From an uncultured delta proteobacterium (GTDB lineage: Bacteria; Desulfobacterota; Binatia; UBA9968), in NCBI GenBank assembly GCA_963847445.1, contig CAWJZV010000008.1:32001-96000 (forward strand): 64,000 nt of DNA. Reading direction: 5' to 3'. Position 1 is the first letter of the stretch. The number at the start of each line of letters is the position of its first letter. Positions 30,593 through 42,405 of the stretch are shown here, in pieces. The notes beneath the pieces are model-generated. The model was not told the origin of the DNA. It did not search any database and saw only the letters and a program-made list of their open reading frames with translations. A program made the position numbers and the translations under genes.

Positions 30593-30769
30593 CGCTGACC
30601 CTCCGAGGTTTTTCGACCATGCCGATGGGACTCCCGCGCCATTCTTATCCCAGCGCGCTGGGAATCTGTCAAGTGAAGATTCTTATTGCGCTTTCACGGA
30701 CAAATCATATTGACTCTAATTAGCTGATTCGATAGCGTCACGGCGACTAAACGTAGCTGGGAGGCCCGG

Positions 30770-31621
30770 ATGGAGCAGTTGAAACCAGTCAAAAGCGGCA
30801 AGGTCAAGGTCGACGATGTCAATCTCTACTATGAGATTTACGGCCAGGGCGATCCCTTGGTGTTTGTCGCCGGCACCGGGATCAGCTGCGCGCCCTGGCG
30901 GGTGTCGCAGGTGCCGGAGTTCGCCAAGCATTATCAAGTGGTGATTTACGATCATCGCGGCCTCGGCCGCAGCGACAAGCCGGATATGCCCTATTCCACC
31001 GAACTGTTCGCCAAGGACTGCGCTGGTTTGATGGACGCCCTCGGTATCCCGCGGGCGCATATGTTGGGCCACTCCATGGGCGCGCGGGTGTTGCAGTGGG
31101 TGGCGCTTAAATATCCGGAAAAAGTCCGCAGCCTGGTGCTTTCCGGGCCGGGCTCGGGGAAATACGACGAGTCTCTCGACTATCCGCGCGGCGTGCCGAT
31201 GGACGCGGCGCTGGAGATGATCGAGAAGGGTTATGAGAAATACCAGAGCGATCACTGGGGGCCGGGGTTCATGTTCAGCGAGAGTTTCATGAAAGAGCAC
31301 CCGGATGTGGTGAAGCAATATCAGGACTTGATCGTCGATGAAGTGCCGCCGCTGAAATGCTATCTGCGCCATGTGGTGGCGCGCCAATGCCATGAGACCA
31401 CCCACCTGATTCACAACATCAAGGCGCCGACGCTGGTCATCGTCGGCAGCAAGGATACCCACGAAGGCGGCACCGGCGATCATGTCGCGTCGGCGCGGGT
31501 GCTGGCGGCGAAGATTCCCGGCGCCGAATTGCACCTGGTCGAGGGCGGCCGGCATGGCTATCTGCGCGAGATGCCGGAGAAGGGCCATCCGCCGATCCTG
31601 GATTTTCTGCGACGGCATTAA
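30770..31621 (+). CDS. Alpha/beta hydrolase
   Basis: YDHRGLGRSD, GHSMG nucleophile elbow, GSKD, GGRH. Confidence 0.9.
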   Translation: MEQLKPVKSGKVKVDDVNLYYEIYGQGDPLVFVAGTGISCAPWRVSQVPEFAKHYQVVIYDHRGLGRSDKPDMPYSTELFAKDCAGLMDALGIPRAHMLGHSMGARVLQWVALKYPEKVRSLVLSGPGSGKYDESLDYPRGVPMDAALEMIEKGYEKYQSDHWGPGFMFSESFMKEHPDVVKQYQDLIVDEVPPLKCYLRHVVARQCHETTHLIHNIKAPTLVIVGSKDTHEGGTGDHVASARVLAAKIPGAELHLVEGGRHGYLREMPEKGHPPILDFLRRH

Positions 31622-31654
31622 CCAGGAAGAGACATAACCACAAAGGGACACAAA

Positions 31655-31678
31655 GTAGGGGCGCGATTCATCGCGCCC
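31655..31678 (+). repeat. GTAG-type REP palindrome
   Basis: GTAGGGGCGCGATTCATCGCGCCC. Confidence 0.65.
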
Positions 31679-31742
31679 TCGGACCGAAGAACGGGATTAA
31701 TTAACCGCAAAGAGCGCAAAGAACGCAAAAGGGAATCGGATT

Positions 31743-31765
31743 GTAGGGGCGACCGGCGGTCGCCC
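31743..31765 (+). repeat. GTAG-type REP palindrome
   Basis: GTAGGGGCGACCGGCGGTCGCCC. Confidence 0.65.
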
Positions 31766-31781
31766 TCTGCCGGTTGCTTCT

Positions 31782-33071
31782 ATGGATAAAAAAGAAATTC
31801 TCGACAAGCAGAAAAAATATTTATTCTCCTGCGTCGCGACTTACTACGACGAGCCCTTGGTCATCGACCACGCCAAGGATCACTCTGTGTTCGATGCCGA
31901 CGGCAAGGAGTATCTCGATTTCTTCGGCGGCATCCTCACGGTCAGTGTCGGCCATTGCAACGAAAAGGTGACCCAGGCGATCGACGCGCAGACTCACAAG
32001 GTCCAACATATGTCGACGCTCTACGCCAACGAGCCGCAGGTCAACTTGGCCGAGAAGTTGGCGCAGATCACGCCGGGCCGTTTGGAAAAATCCTTTTTCA
32101 CCAACAGCGGCACCGAGGCCAACGAGACCGCGGTATTGCTGGCGCAGATCTATACCAAGTGCCAGGACGTCATCACGTTGCGCCACAGCTATAGCGGTCG
32201 ATCGTATTTGGCCTTGAGTTTGTCGGCGCAGTCGAGCTGGCGCTTGATGCCCAACGTGGTTCCCGGCGTGCATCATATCGCCAACGCTTACTGCTATCGC
32301 TGTCCGTTCGGTCTGACCTATCCGAGCTGCGATTTGAAGTGCGCCAAGGACGCCGAAGAGGCGATTCAAACCATGACCTCGCAGGGGCGGGTGGCGGCAT
32401 TTCTCGCCGAACCGATTCAGGGTGTCGGCGGTTTCATCGTGCCGCCGAAGGAATATTTCAAAGAGATCGTCGGCATCATTCGCAAATACGGCGGCCTGTT
32501 CATCGCCGACGAGGTGCAGACCGGCTGGGGGCGCACCGGCGGCAAGATGTTCGGCATCGAGCATTGGGGCGTCGACCCCGACATCATGACCTTCGCCAAG
32601 GGCATGGCCAACGGCGTGCCCATCGGCGCGACCATCGCGACACCGGAAGTGGCCGACAGCATGCAGGGCAATACGATCTCGACCTTCGGCGGCAATCCGG
32701 TGACCTGCACGGCGGCGCATGCGACGATCAACGTCATCGAAGAGGAAAACTTGGTCGAGAACGCCCGGGTGATGGGCAACCGGTTGCGCGATGGTTTGGA
32801 TGCGCTGCAAGCACAAGTATCCGGTGATCGGCGATGTCCGCGGCATGGGCTTGATGCAAGGCATGGAACTGGTCGGCGAGACAGAAGAAGCCCGACGTCG
32901 ACAGCACCAAGCGGTTGATGGAATTGACCAAAAACAATGGTCTTCTGCTGGGCAAGGGCGGCACCTACGGCAATGTGCATGCGCGTCGCGCCGTCGTTGA
33001 ACGTCAACCAGGACGAAGTCGATCACGCGCTCAGGGTTTTGGATCAGTCGTTTGGCCAGTTGGGGCAGTAG
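31782..33071 (+). CDS. Class III PLP aminotransferase, AGXT2-like (indels ~32810, 32885, 32980)
   Basis: YLDFFGGI, NSGTEANE, AEPIQGVGG, IADEVQTGWGRTG, FAKG PLP lysine, TFGGNP. Confidence 0.92.
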
Positions 33072-33142
33072 TGATAACGGTTCAACACCAGGAAATCTGT
33101 GAGTGCTGATAAATCTGAGTTACTTGCTAGCTTTCGCCAGAC

Positions 33143-34146
33143 ATGAACAAACTCATTCGCAGAATCCTCGGCGCGATTCCAGTCTTGCTGGCCATTTCTT
33201 TTCTTATTTTTCTCTTGATGCATATTGCGCCGGGCGATCCGGTCACCTTGATGCTCGGCGACAATGCCACACCCGAAGATGTCGCCAGGCTGCGCAACGA
33301 GTTGGGCTTGGATAAGCCGATAATGGTTCAGTACTGGGATTTTCTCTCCCGCGCCGTGCGCGGCGACTTTGGCCGGTCGCTCAAGTTCGGCGAGCCGGTG
33401 ATCAAGTTGGTCGCCGAGCGGCTGCCGGCGACCCTGGAGTTCGCCTTCGCCAGCTTGTTTGTGGCGATTAGATCGCGGTGCCACTGGGCGTCTACTCGGC
33501 CATCAAGCACAATTCGTTGCTCGATCACGCCGGTATGAGCGTCGCGTTAATCGGTGTTTCCTTGCCGAACTTTTGGTTGGGCATTATGCTGATCTACTTT
33601 CTCGGCGGCCAGCTCAACCTTTTGCCGGTCGCCGGCCGCATCGAGTACGGCATCGACGATCCAGTCGATTACCGGCCTTTATCTTGCTCGATAGCTTGAT
33701 AACGGGAAACTTTGCGGCATGGCCAGCGTCGCTCAAGCATTTGCTTGATGCCGGCGTTTACGCTCGGGACCGCGCTCGCGGCGATCGTCACGCGGATTTC
33801 TCGTTCGAGCGTGCTCGAAGTGATGCGCCAGGATTACGTGACCACCGCCCGCGCCAAGGGGCTGAGCGAAAAAACCGTCATCTGGCGCCATATCGTGCGC
33901 AATGCATTGATTACGATCGTGACGATTCTGGGACTTCAGTTGGGCGCGCTTGCTCAGCGGTTCGGTGGTGACCGAAACGGTATTTTCCTATCCCCGGCAT
34001 TGGCGATCTGTTGATTCAGTCGATCTCGGCGCGTGATTATAAGCTTGACGCAGAGTCTTGATTCTTATGTTCGCCGTGACGTACTTCGCGTCAATTTGTT
34101 GGTGGATTTTCTCTATAGTTGGATCGATCCAAGGATCAAGTTCTGA
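33143..34146 (+). CDS. Peptide ABC transporter permease, DppB-like (multiple indels)
   Basis: APGDPV, GDFGRS, RLPATLE, SLPNFWLG, QDYVTTARAKGL EAA loop. Confidence 0.88.
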
Positions 34147-34986
34147 TGCTCTCTTTTCGTTATTTAAAAATCTGGGTGGGCGGCGCTATCCTGGCGGTGC
34201 TGGTTGTCTGCGGTGTCGCCGCGCCGCTGATCGCGCCGCGCGATCCGCAAGCGCAAACCTTGGAAGATCGCTGCGCCCGCCGCGTTGGACGGAAAACGGC
34301 TTGCAGGCTTATCTGCTCGGTACCGACAATTTGGGCCGCGACATGTTGAGCCGGATCGTCTACGGCTCGCGGATTTCACTGATGGTCGGCGCGGCCACGG
34401 TGATTTTCGCCGGGCTGGTCGGCTGCTACGCTGGGCGCGATCGCTGGCTACTTCGGCAGAATGGCTGATGATATCGTCAGCAAGATCTCGGAAATTTTTC
34501 TCGCCTTTCCGTTTCTACTGATCGCCATCGCAATCATGGCCTTTCTCGGCCAAGGCGTCGGCAATCTCATCATGGCGCTGATGCTCAGCCGCTGGGTGCA
34601 GTATTGCCGGGTGGTGCGCGGTGAAGTGTTATCGTTAAAGGAGCGCGATTTCGTTACGGCGGCAAAGGCGCTGGGCGGCCAGAGATTGTTATGTGCTTTT
34701 TCACCATGTGTTCCCAATACCTTAGCCAGCGTGACGGTGATCGCCACCTTTGGCATGGCCATCGTCATTATCACCGAAGCGAGTTTGAGTTTCCTCGGTC
34801 TCGGCGTGCCGGTGCATATCCCGACCTGGGGCTCGATGCTTGCCGAGGGACGCAGTTACATCAACCGCGCGCCGTGGTTGACGATCTTCCCCGGCCTGGC
34901 GATTTTTATTACCGTATTCGGCATCAATCTTATTGGGCGATGGCTTGAGGGATATTTTCGATCCCAAGCTGCGGCGACAGCGATAG
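34146..34986 (+). CDS. Peptide ABC transporter permease, DppC-like (multiple indels)
   Basis: LLGTDNLGRD.LSRIVYGSRISL, DFVTAAKALG, EASLSFLGLG, WGSMLAEGR, RDIFDPKLR; TGATG overlap. Confidence 0.88.
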
Positions 34987-35050
34987 AAACCGCAGTAATG
35001 GAGAATTGATAATTGAAAATGGAAAATGAAGATTCTCCGGAGGAACAATA

Positions 35051-36595
35051 ATGAACGGCAATCATGAATCGGCGCCAGTTTCTTCAAACAGAGCGCGACA
35101 GTAGCGGCCGGGGCGGCGCGTTGGGCCCTATTTTTTGCGCAATGCTCAGGCCGCGTCGCGCGATCGCGTGACGATTTTTCATTCGAGCGTGGCCGATTCG
35201 ATCCATCCTTATCAACCATAGCTCGAGCCCGATTTACGGCAACTGGCAGCATGTCATCGAGCCGTTGGTCGAGTACGATGTCGGGCGCAAAGATTTCATC
35301 GGCGTGCTTGCCGAGTCGTGGCAATTCCAGGGTAACAAGTGGGTTTTCAAACTGCGCAAAGGCGTCAAATTCCACAACGGCGCGACCTTTACCTCGAAGG
35401 ATGTCGTCTTTTCGATCGACAAGATGCGCGATGAAAAGGGCGGCAGCTTGCAGGCGCCGAACTTCAAGGATGTCACGCGAGATTCAAACCCCGGACGACT
35501 ATACAGTGGTGTTTCGTGACGAAGCAGCCGAATGCGGTGTTCTTGGATCGCTTGGACAATCGTTTCATGGTCAGCAAAGAAGCGGGCGACAAGTTCGGCG
35601 ACAAGCTCTATGAGAATCTCGATCGGCACCGGTCCCTATAAATTCGTCAGCTATCAGCGCGGCGGCAATTTGGTTTTCACCCGCAACGACAATTACTGGG
35701 GCGGCAAGGCGGTGATCAAAGAAGTCATTTTCAAAAAAGTTACCGAAGACGCCGCCCGACTTGCGGCGCTGGAATCGGGCCAAGCGGATTTCATCAACAA
35801 CGTGCCGGACCATGAAGTGGCGCGCCTGAAAAACCATCCGCGCGTGCGCATCGATCAAGTCGAAGGGCTGCGAATGTTTTTTCTGGCGATCAACTTCGCG
35901 TTCAAACCCTGGGACAACAAACTGGTGCGGCAAGCGGCGAATTATGCGGTCGATGCGCCGGCGATCGTTCGCAATATCTTCGACGGCATCGGCTATCCCT
36001 GCAATGGCCCGGTGGGCGCCAACGTGTCTCGGCGCCGATCCCAAACTTAAAGCGCTACCCGTACGATCCGCAAAAAGTCCAAAGAGCTATTGGCGCAAGC
36101 CGGTTATCCCAACGGCTGCGATATTCAGTTTTACTATTCCGCCGGACGTTATCCGAAAGACCGGGAAGTCTGCCAGGTGGTCGCGGCGCAGATGGCTCAA
36201 GGGCGGTTTTCGCGTCGAGCTGATCTCCCAGGAATGGGCGCTGTTCTGGGACAAGCAGGGGGTCAACGGCGGCCGGTTGCCGTTCTACTATATCGGCCGC
36301 GGCAGTTTGGCCGACGCCGACACGCTCTATGATCAATACTTTCGCACCGGCACGACCAAGCGCACTAACTACAGCAATGCCGAACTACGACAAGCTCATC
36401 GAAGAACAGCAGCACACGCCGGACACCAAGAAGCGGGTGCAGATCTGCTACAGCGAGGCCGGCAAGTTCATCATGGACGAGGCGCTGTTCATCCCGCTTT
36501 ACAATCTCGCCGACATTTACGGCGTCGCCAGGAATCTCGATTGGAAAAAGCGCGCCGACGAAAAAGTGAAGGCGTGGGATATGAAGATCAAGTAG
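35051..36595 (+). CDS. Family 5 peptide-binding protein, copy 1, Tat signal (many indels)
   Basis: NRRQFFK, LAESW, FKLRKGVKFHNG, GTGPYKFV, VRQAANYAVD. Confidence 0.82.
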
Positions 36596-36652
36596 GCTGG
36601 CTTGCACGTCGACTGAGTTGAACAATATTGCCGCGACGGCAAAGGGGGAGCG

Positions 36653-38187
36653 ATGAGTCGAACGGAAATATCAGTCGGCGAGAATTTCTCAAACACGGCG
36701 GAGTTGCCGGATTTGCCACATTACTAGGCGGCTCCATGGTCAAGCTGAGCTATGCCGCGAGCCGCGAGCGCTTGACGGCTTTGAGCAGCATCGGTCTCGA
36801 TACGCTCCATCCCTACGCCCATAGCTCGAGCCCGCAGTATGGTATCTGGCACAACATGATCGAGCCGTTGGTCGAGGTCGATTACGCCAAGCAGCATTTA
36901 TTACGGCGTGCTTGCCGAATCCTGGGAGTTTCAGGGCAAGCGTTGGGTGATCAAGCTGCGCAAGAACGTGCGCTTCCATGACAGCAGCCCGTTCACCGCC
37001 AAGGACGTCGTCTACTCGATCAACCGAATGAAGAACGACAAGCAGAGTCTGCAGAAGGAAAACTTTCGCGACTTTGTCGAAGTGCAGGCGGCCGACGATC
37101 ACACCGTGATCATCACCACCGAGCAACCGGTGGTGGTGATGCTCGACCGCCTGCAGAATCGTTTCATTCTCGCCAAGACCGGCATGGAAGCGCAGGGCGA
37201 TCAGGCGGAGTTAAAGCCGGTGGGCACGGGCCCGTACAAATTTCAAAGCTGGCAGCGCGACGGCAATCTGGTCATGGTGCGCAACGACAGCTACTGGGGC
37301 GCCAAACCGTCGATTCGAGAAATAGTTTTGCGCCGTGTGCGCGAGGACTCGGCGCGCGTCGCCGGTCTGCTCGGCCGGTCAGGGCGATGTCGCCAACAAC
37401 GTCCCGGTGGAAGAGCTGTCGCGTTTCGACAATCATCCGCGCATTCGCGCCGAGAAAGTCGAAGGCGTGCGCATGTACTTCCTCGCCATGAACGTGACTC
37501 ATAAGCCGTTCGACAACAAATTGGTCCGCCAGGCGATCAACTACGCTGTCGATCCGACGGTCATTATCAAGCATATTTACGAGGGCAACGGCTACGTCAT
37601 GAACGGGCCGATGGGTGCCAACGTGATCGGCTTCGATCCGAAGATCAAACGCTACCCGTTGGACTCAACAAGGCCAAGGAGCTGTTGACCAAGGCCGGTT
37701 TTCCGAACGGCTTCGAAATCAAGCTCTATTTCTCGCCGGATCGTTATCCGAAAGCGAAAGAAGTCTGTCAGGTGATCGCCGACCAGTTGGCCAAGGTCGG
37801 CATCAAGGCGGAGTTGGTCTCCCAAGAGTTTGTCATCTTCTGGGGTAAAGAAGGCGTCAACGGCGGCAAACTGGGTTTCTACTACGTCGGTCGGCCGGCA
37901 GCGGACGCGGATACGGTGTACGATCAGTACTATCGTTCCGGCGTGAGCCCGCGCATTCAATACAAGAATCCTGAGTTCGACAAGCTGGTTGACGAAGAGC
38001 AGAAAGACCGGCGGATGCCAAAAAAGCGCCTCGCCATGCTGCATCAGCTCGGGACGCATTCTGATGGAAGATGTGCCGTTCTGCCCGCTTTACACGCTTG
38101 GCGGAAATTTATGGCGTCGCGCGCAACATCAACTGGAAAGCCCGTCCGGACGAGAAATTACTTTATGCGGACATGAGGATTCGTTAA
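36653..38187 (+). CDS. Family 5 peptide-binding protein, copy 2, Tat signal (indels)
   Basis: SRREFLK, LAESWEF, LRKNVRFHD, GTGPYKF, VRQAINYAVD. Confidence 0.85.
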
Positions 38188-38198
38188 GAGGTTGCGTG

Positions 38199-39818
38199 AT
38201 GTCTCGAAGCCAGGAGAATCGAGCGATGAAGACAAAACCAATCGCGTTCGATCGCCGCAGATTTCTTAAGTATGGTGTGCTGGCCGGTGTCGGCGCCTTG
38301 GCCAACACCTCTGGCCCGGTTCAAGCTGGTCGGCGATCGAGGGAGCGCTTGACGATCCTCAGCAGCGTCGCCCTCGACAATCTGCATCCCTACGCGTACA
38401 GCTCCGGGCCGCAGTACGGCATCTGGTACAACATGATCGAGCCGCTGGTCGATGTCGATTTCGCCAAGCGCAGTTACTTTGGCGTGCTCGCCGAGTCCTG
38501 GGAGTTTCAGGGCAAAAAGTGGATCTTCAAGCTGCGTAAAAACGTGCGCTTCCACGACGGCGGCCGGTTTACCGCGGCCGACGTGATTTACTCGTTTAAC
38601 CGGGTGAAGAACGACAAGCAGAGCCTGCAGAAAGAAAACTTTCGCGATCTGGTCGAGATGCAAGCGCTTGACGATCATACCATCGCCTTTGTCACCGAAG
38701 CGCCCAATGCGGTGTTTCTCGACCGGCTGGAGAACCGCTTCATCATCAGCAAAAGCGCCACCGAAGCGCAGGGCGGCGAGCCCGGCGAACAGAAGCCGGT
38801 GGGCACAGGACCGTACCGCTTCGTCAGTTGGCAGCGCGAGGGCAATTTCGTCATGACCCGCCATGATAATTATTGGGGCACGAAGGCGGCCGTCAAAGAG
38901 ATCGTCATTCGCCGAGTTCGCGAGGACGCGGGGCGCGTGGCCGGCTTACTGGCCGGGCAGGGCGACGTGATCAACAATGTGCCGGTGGAAGAGCTGTCGC
39001 GTTTCGATAAGCATCCCAGGGTTAAATCGGAAAGGGTCGAAGGCCAGCGGATGTATTTCCTCGCCATGAACGTGACGCACAAACCCTTCGACAATAAATT
39101 GGTACGGCAAGCGATCAACTACGCCGTCGATCCGACGACGATCGTCAAGCATATTTACGAAGGCAACGGTTATGTGATGAACGGGCCGATGGGCTCGAAG
39201 GTGATCGGCTTCGATCCCAAGATCAAACGCTACCCGGTGGATGTGAAGAAGGGCAAAGAACTCCTCGACAAGGCGGGATATCCCAATGGCCTGGAAGTGA
39301 AACTCTACTTTTCGCCGGATCGCTATCCGAAAGCCAAGGAAGTCTGCCAAGTGATCGCCGACCAGCTCGCCAAGATCGGTGTCAAGGTCGAACTGGTATC
39401 GCAGGAGTTCGCGGTGTTTTGGGGCAAAGAGTGGGTCAATGGCGGCAAGTCGCCCTTTTACTACGTCGGCCGGCCAGCCACCGACGCCGACACCGTCTAC
39501 GATCAATACTATCGCTCCGGCGTCAGCCCGCGCATTCAATACAAGAATCCCGAGTTCGATAAAATTATCGACGAGGAGCAGCGCACCGGCGATGCCAAAA
39601 AACGTGTCGCCTTGCTGCATCAGGCCGGGCGCATCTTGATGGAAGACGTTCCGTTCGTGCCGCTCTACACGTTGGCCGAGATTTACGGCACGGCGCGCAA
39701 CGTCGGCTGGAACGCCAGGCCGGATGAGAAGATCCTCGCCGGAACGATGAAGATCCGTTTGACTGTCGCAATGTCGAGCGATTGTTTGGTTTCGATGCTT
39801 GCCCATGCGCGCAAGTGA
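38199..39818 (+). CDS. Family 5 peptide-binding protein, copy 3, Tat signal (true stop possibly ~39762)
   Basis: DRRRFLK; close paralog of copy 2 (KNDKQSLQKENFRD and YFSPDRYPKAKEVCQVIADQL identical). Confidence 0.9.
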   Translation: MSRSQENRAMKTKPIAFDRRRFLKYGVLAGVGALANTSGPVQAGRRSRERLTILSSVALDNLHPYAYSSGPQYGIWYNMIEPLVDVDFAKRSYFGVLAESWEFQGKKWIFKLRKNVRFHDGGRFTAADVIYSFNRVKNDKQSLQKENFRDLVEMQALDDHTIAFVTEAPNAVFLDRLENRFIISKSATEAQGGEPGEQKPVGTGPYRFVSWQREGNFVMTRHDNYWGTKAAVKEIVIRRVREDAGRVAGLLAGQGDVINNVPVEELSRFDKHPRVKSERVEGQRMYFLAMNVTHKPFDNKLVRQAINYAVDPTTIVKHIYEGNGYVMNGPMGSKVIGFDPKIKRYPVDVKKGKELLDKAGYPNGLEVKLYFSPDRYPKAKEVCQVIADQLAKIGVKVELVSQEFAVFWGKEWVNGGKSPFYYVGRPATDADTVYDQYYRSGVSPRIQYKNPEFDKIIDEEQRTGDAKKRVALLHQAGRILMEDVPFVPLYTLAEIYGTARNVGWNARPDEKILAGTMKIRLTVAMSSDCLVSMLAHARK

Positions 39819-39947
39819 ACATTGGCCCATATGGCGTGAGTTCTAAGTACGCCGACGTTCCGACGAGATTGTTTGCCGTGCGCACAAAATTGCACGTTTC
39901 GACAACAACGATTCACAGAAAATTTGAGAATCCTTCGCACCATTCCT

Positions 39948-39963
39948 TGGCATGCCCGTTGCT
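39948..39963 (+). promoter_or_regulatory. Sigma54 (-24/-12) promoter
   Basis: TGGCATGCCCGTTGCT, GG-N10-GC, 13 nt before the ATG at 39977. Confidence 0.7.
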
Positions 39964-39976
39964 CCCTGATTCTCCC

Positions 39977-40521
39977 ATGGCAACAGGGCTTCTCAACGCG
40001 GTACCACCGGCGCCGGCAAGGATGCGCTATGCTTCGACTCTGCGCTGTTTTGGCCAGTTTCTCGAAGGCATGGAACTCAAGGCGCTGGAAGTCAAAACTC
40101 ACAACGACGATTACATCCTGCAGGCGTGGAACAAGGGGACATCGATGACGATGGACCTGGAAAAGCATTTTCACGCCAGACGACGTGCAAAACTCGAGGC
40201 GGAGAAGCGCGCCAATCGCAAGCCGTTTTCCGGCCCGCCCAACATGCTGAGTCTGCCGCAAGTCTTGCGGCTGGCCGGCAACTATGTCGACCGCATACAT
40301 GGACGGCTGGTGCGGGTGTCGTGGCAAGACCAGTCGGACAAGATCCAATCGATCACGGTGCAGTGGGAAGCGAGCCAGGCAGGCCGAGAACAGGCGACTC
40401 ACAATTGTCCGTGATCGAAGAGTTGTGCATTCACATCTACAAGCAGCGCAAGAAAATCAACTTGGCTTCCGAACGCCAAGGCCACCGGCCCTTTGTCAGC
40501 GTCGGCAAGGCGAATCGTTAA
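39977..40521 (+). CDS. Hypothetical cytoplasmic protein (indel ~40390)
   Basis: MATGLL...YASTLRCFGQFLE...LRLAGNYVD...; tail IEELCIHIYKQRKKI in the second frame; promoter and terminator flank it. Confidence 0.6.
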
Positions 40522-40548
40522 AACTTATTAGCGCAATAATTAGCGTCT

Positions 40549-40583
40549 AAAAAAAAGGGCGACCCAGCGGTCGCCCTTTTTTT
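40549..40583. terminator. Bidirectional intrinsic terminator
   Basis: A8-GGGCGACC-CAGC-GGTCGCCC-T7 between convergent genes. Confidence 0.85.
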
Positions 40584-40610
40584 CGGGCGATCACCGCTCC
40601 GCCACCCCCA

Positions 40611-40633
40611 GGGCGTATGCCATACGCCCCTAC
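40611..40633 (-). repeat. GTAG-type REP palindrome
   Basis: Minus strand GTAGGGGCGTATGGCATACGCCC. Confidence 0.65.
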
Positions 40634-40718
40634 CAAGAGATCGGAACTTTGCGTGCTTTGCGGGAGATATTCCAAGTTTCGGTTGCGGCGATGGCGCGTT
40701 GTATTTGTTGTGCGCTCG

Positions 40719-42364
40719 CTAGGCCTGGTACTTCACTTCACCGCCGACCAAAGTCATCTGCGACCTTCAGTTCTCGAATCTTCTCGGGTTGTACGCGCGA
40801 AGGGGTCCTCGGCCAGGACCGCGATGTCGGCGAGCTTGCCGACTTCGAGGGTGCCCTTGTCATTTTCTTCGAAGCCGACCCATGACGCTGTGGTCGTGTG
40901 CATGGCGAAGGCCTCGGCGACGGTAATCTTTTCTTCGGGAATCCACACTTCGCCCCAGCGCATTTTACGGGACGCAGCGGTGGCGATGTCGCGCAGCGGA
41001 TCCACCGGCCAGTAGCCCGGCGAGTCGGAGCCGCCGGACATGATGACGCCGTTCTTCAACAGCGTGTGGAAGGGAAACGCCTTGGTCAGACGCCGTTCGC
41101 CGACGCAATCGAGAATCGCATCGCCGATGTAATAGGCAAAGGCGATATTCGGCACGGCGACGATGCCTGAGCGGACCATGCGACCGATCAATTTGGGCGT
41201 GGCGAGCCAGTTGCCCATATGTTCGATGCGATGGCGATGATCTTTGCGCGGCGAATGCTCGATGGCGTTCTCATAGGCGTCGAGCGCCATGTCGAAGGCT
41301 TTGTCGCCGATGGCGTGCACGCAGCAGCGCAGGCCGGCGTCATGGCAGACTTGCACGGTGTGGTTCAATTCATCCTGCTGGATTCTGATTATGCCATGAT
41401 TATGCTCGTCGTTTTCATAGGGTTCGTGGAAGCAGGCGTTGCGCCCGGTGATGCCGCCGTCGATGCTCATCTTGACGCCGCCGATGCGCAGCCACTCGTT
41501 GCCGAAGCCGGTGATGAGGCCCAGCTCGGTCAAGCTTTTGCTTTCGATCATCGATTCGATGACGCGCGGCAGGATGCTCACCCGGGCGTTCATGCGGCCT
41601 TCTTTATATAGTTCTTGGTAAGCGCGCACCGGTTCGGCGTAGCGGACGATGTCATGCACGGTGGTGACGCCGCGTTCGAGACATTGGTTCAGGGCGTAGA
41701 CGATGCCTTCTTTTAGCTGCAGGTAGTTAAACTCCGGCGCGACCTTTTTGAGAATCAACTGCGCCCGCTCATGGAGCTCGCCGGTGGGTTCGCCGGTCTG
41801 CGGATCATGTTTGATATGGCCGCCGGCGGGATCAGGCGTGTCACGGGTGATTTTCGCTGCTGCCAGGGCCAGAGAGTTGCCGATCGTCACATGGGCGCCG
41901 AAGGAGATCGACATCGGATGATCCGGCACGGCGCGGTCGAGGTCATGCTTGTCGGGGAAACGATGGTCACTGATGCGGAAGTCCTGCATCGGGCTGCCAT
42001 GAGAGACCAGCCAGGATCCCTTGGGCGCGCTGGCGGCGGCATTGGCCAGGCGCTGCAAGATATCCGACACCGAATTTACATCGACATAGAAGTCGCGGCA
42101 GTCGACCAGCTCCATCTCAGCCGTGCCTTTTTCCGATAGATGCACATGGGTGTCGGTGAGGCCGGGAATCGCCGTGTATCCCTTGAGATCGATCATCTCG
42201 GTGTCGGGCCCGGCGAAACGGCGAATATCCTCGAATTTTCCCGTCGCGACGATTCGCGATCCCGAGCAAGCGAGGGCTTCGCAGGTCGAGGTCTCGGTCT
42301 GGAAAGTGCGGATCTTGCCGTTGAAAAGAATTGCATTGGGATAAGGCAGCGGTCGGGATTTCAT
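40719..42364 (-). CDS. Amidohydrolase family 3 (YtcJ-like); indels in the last ~80 nt
   Basis: PGLTDTHVH, TPDPAGG, VKMSIDG, VHAIGD, HRIEH, GSDSP, GTLEVGKLAD. Confidence 0.9.
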
Positions 42365-42405
42365 TGGATGACTCCTTAAATCAAATTGCTTGGCGTTGAT
42401 GGCGG

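Noticed and set aside
37989-38198. N-terminal extension of the 609-aa ORF suggesting a fused binding protein
   Set aside because: It is the frameshifted tail of the preceding paralog; copy 3 has its own Tat signal after 38199.
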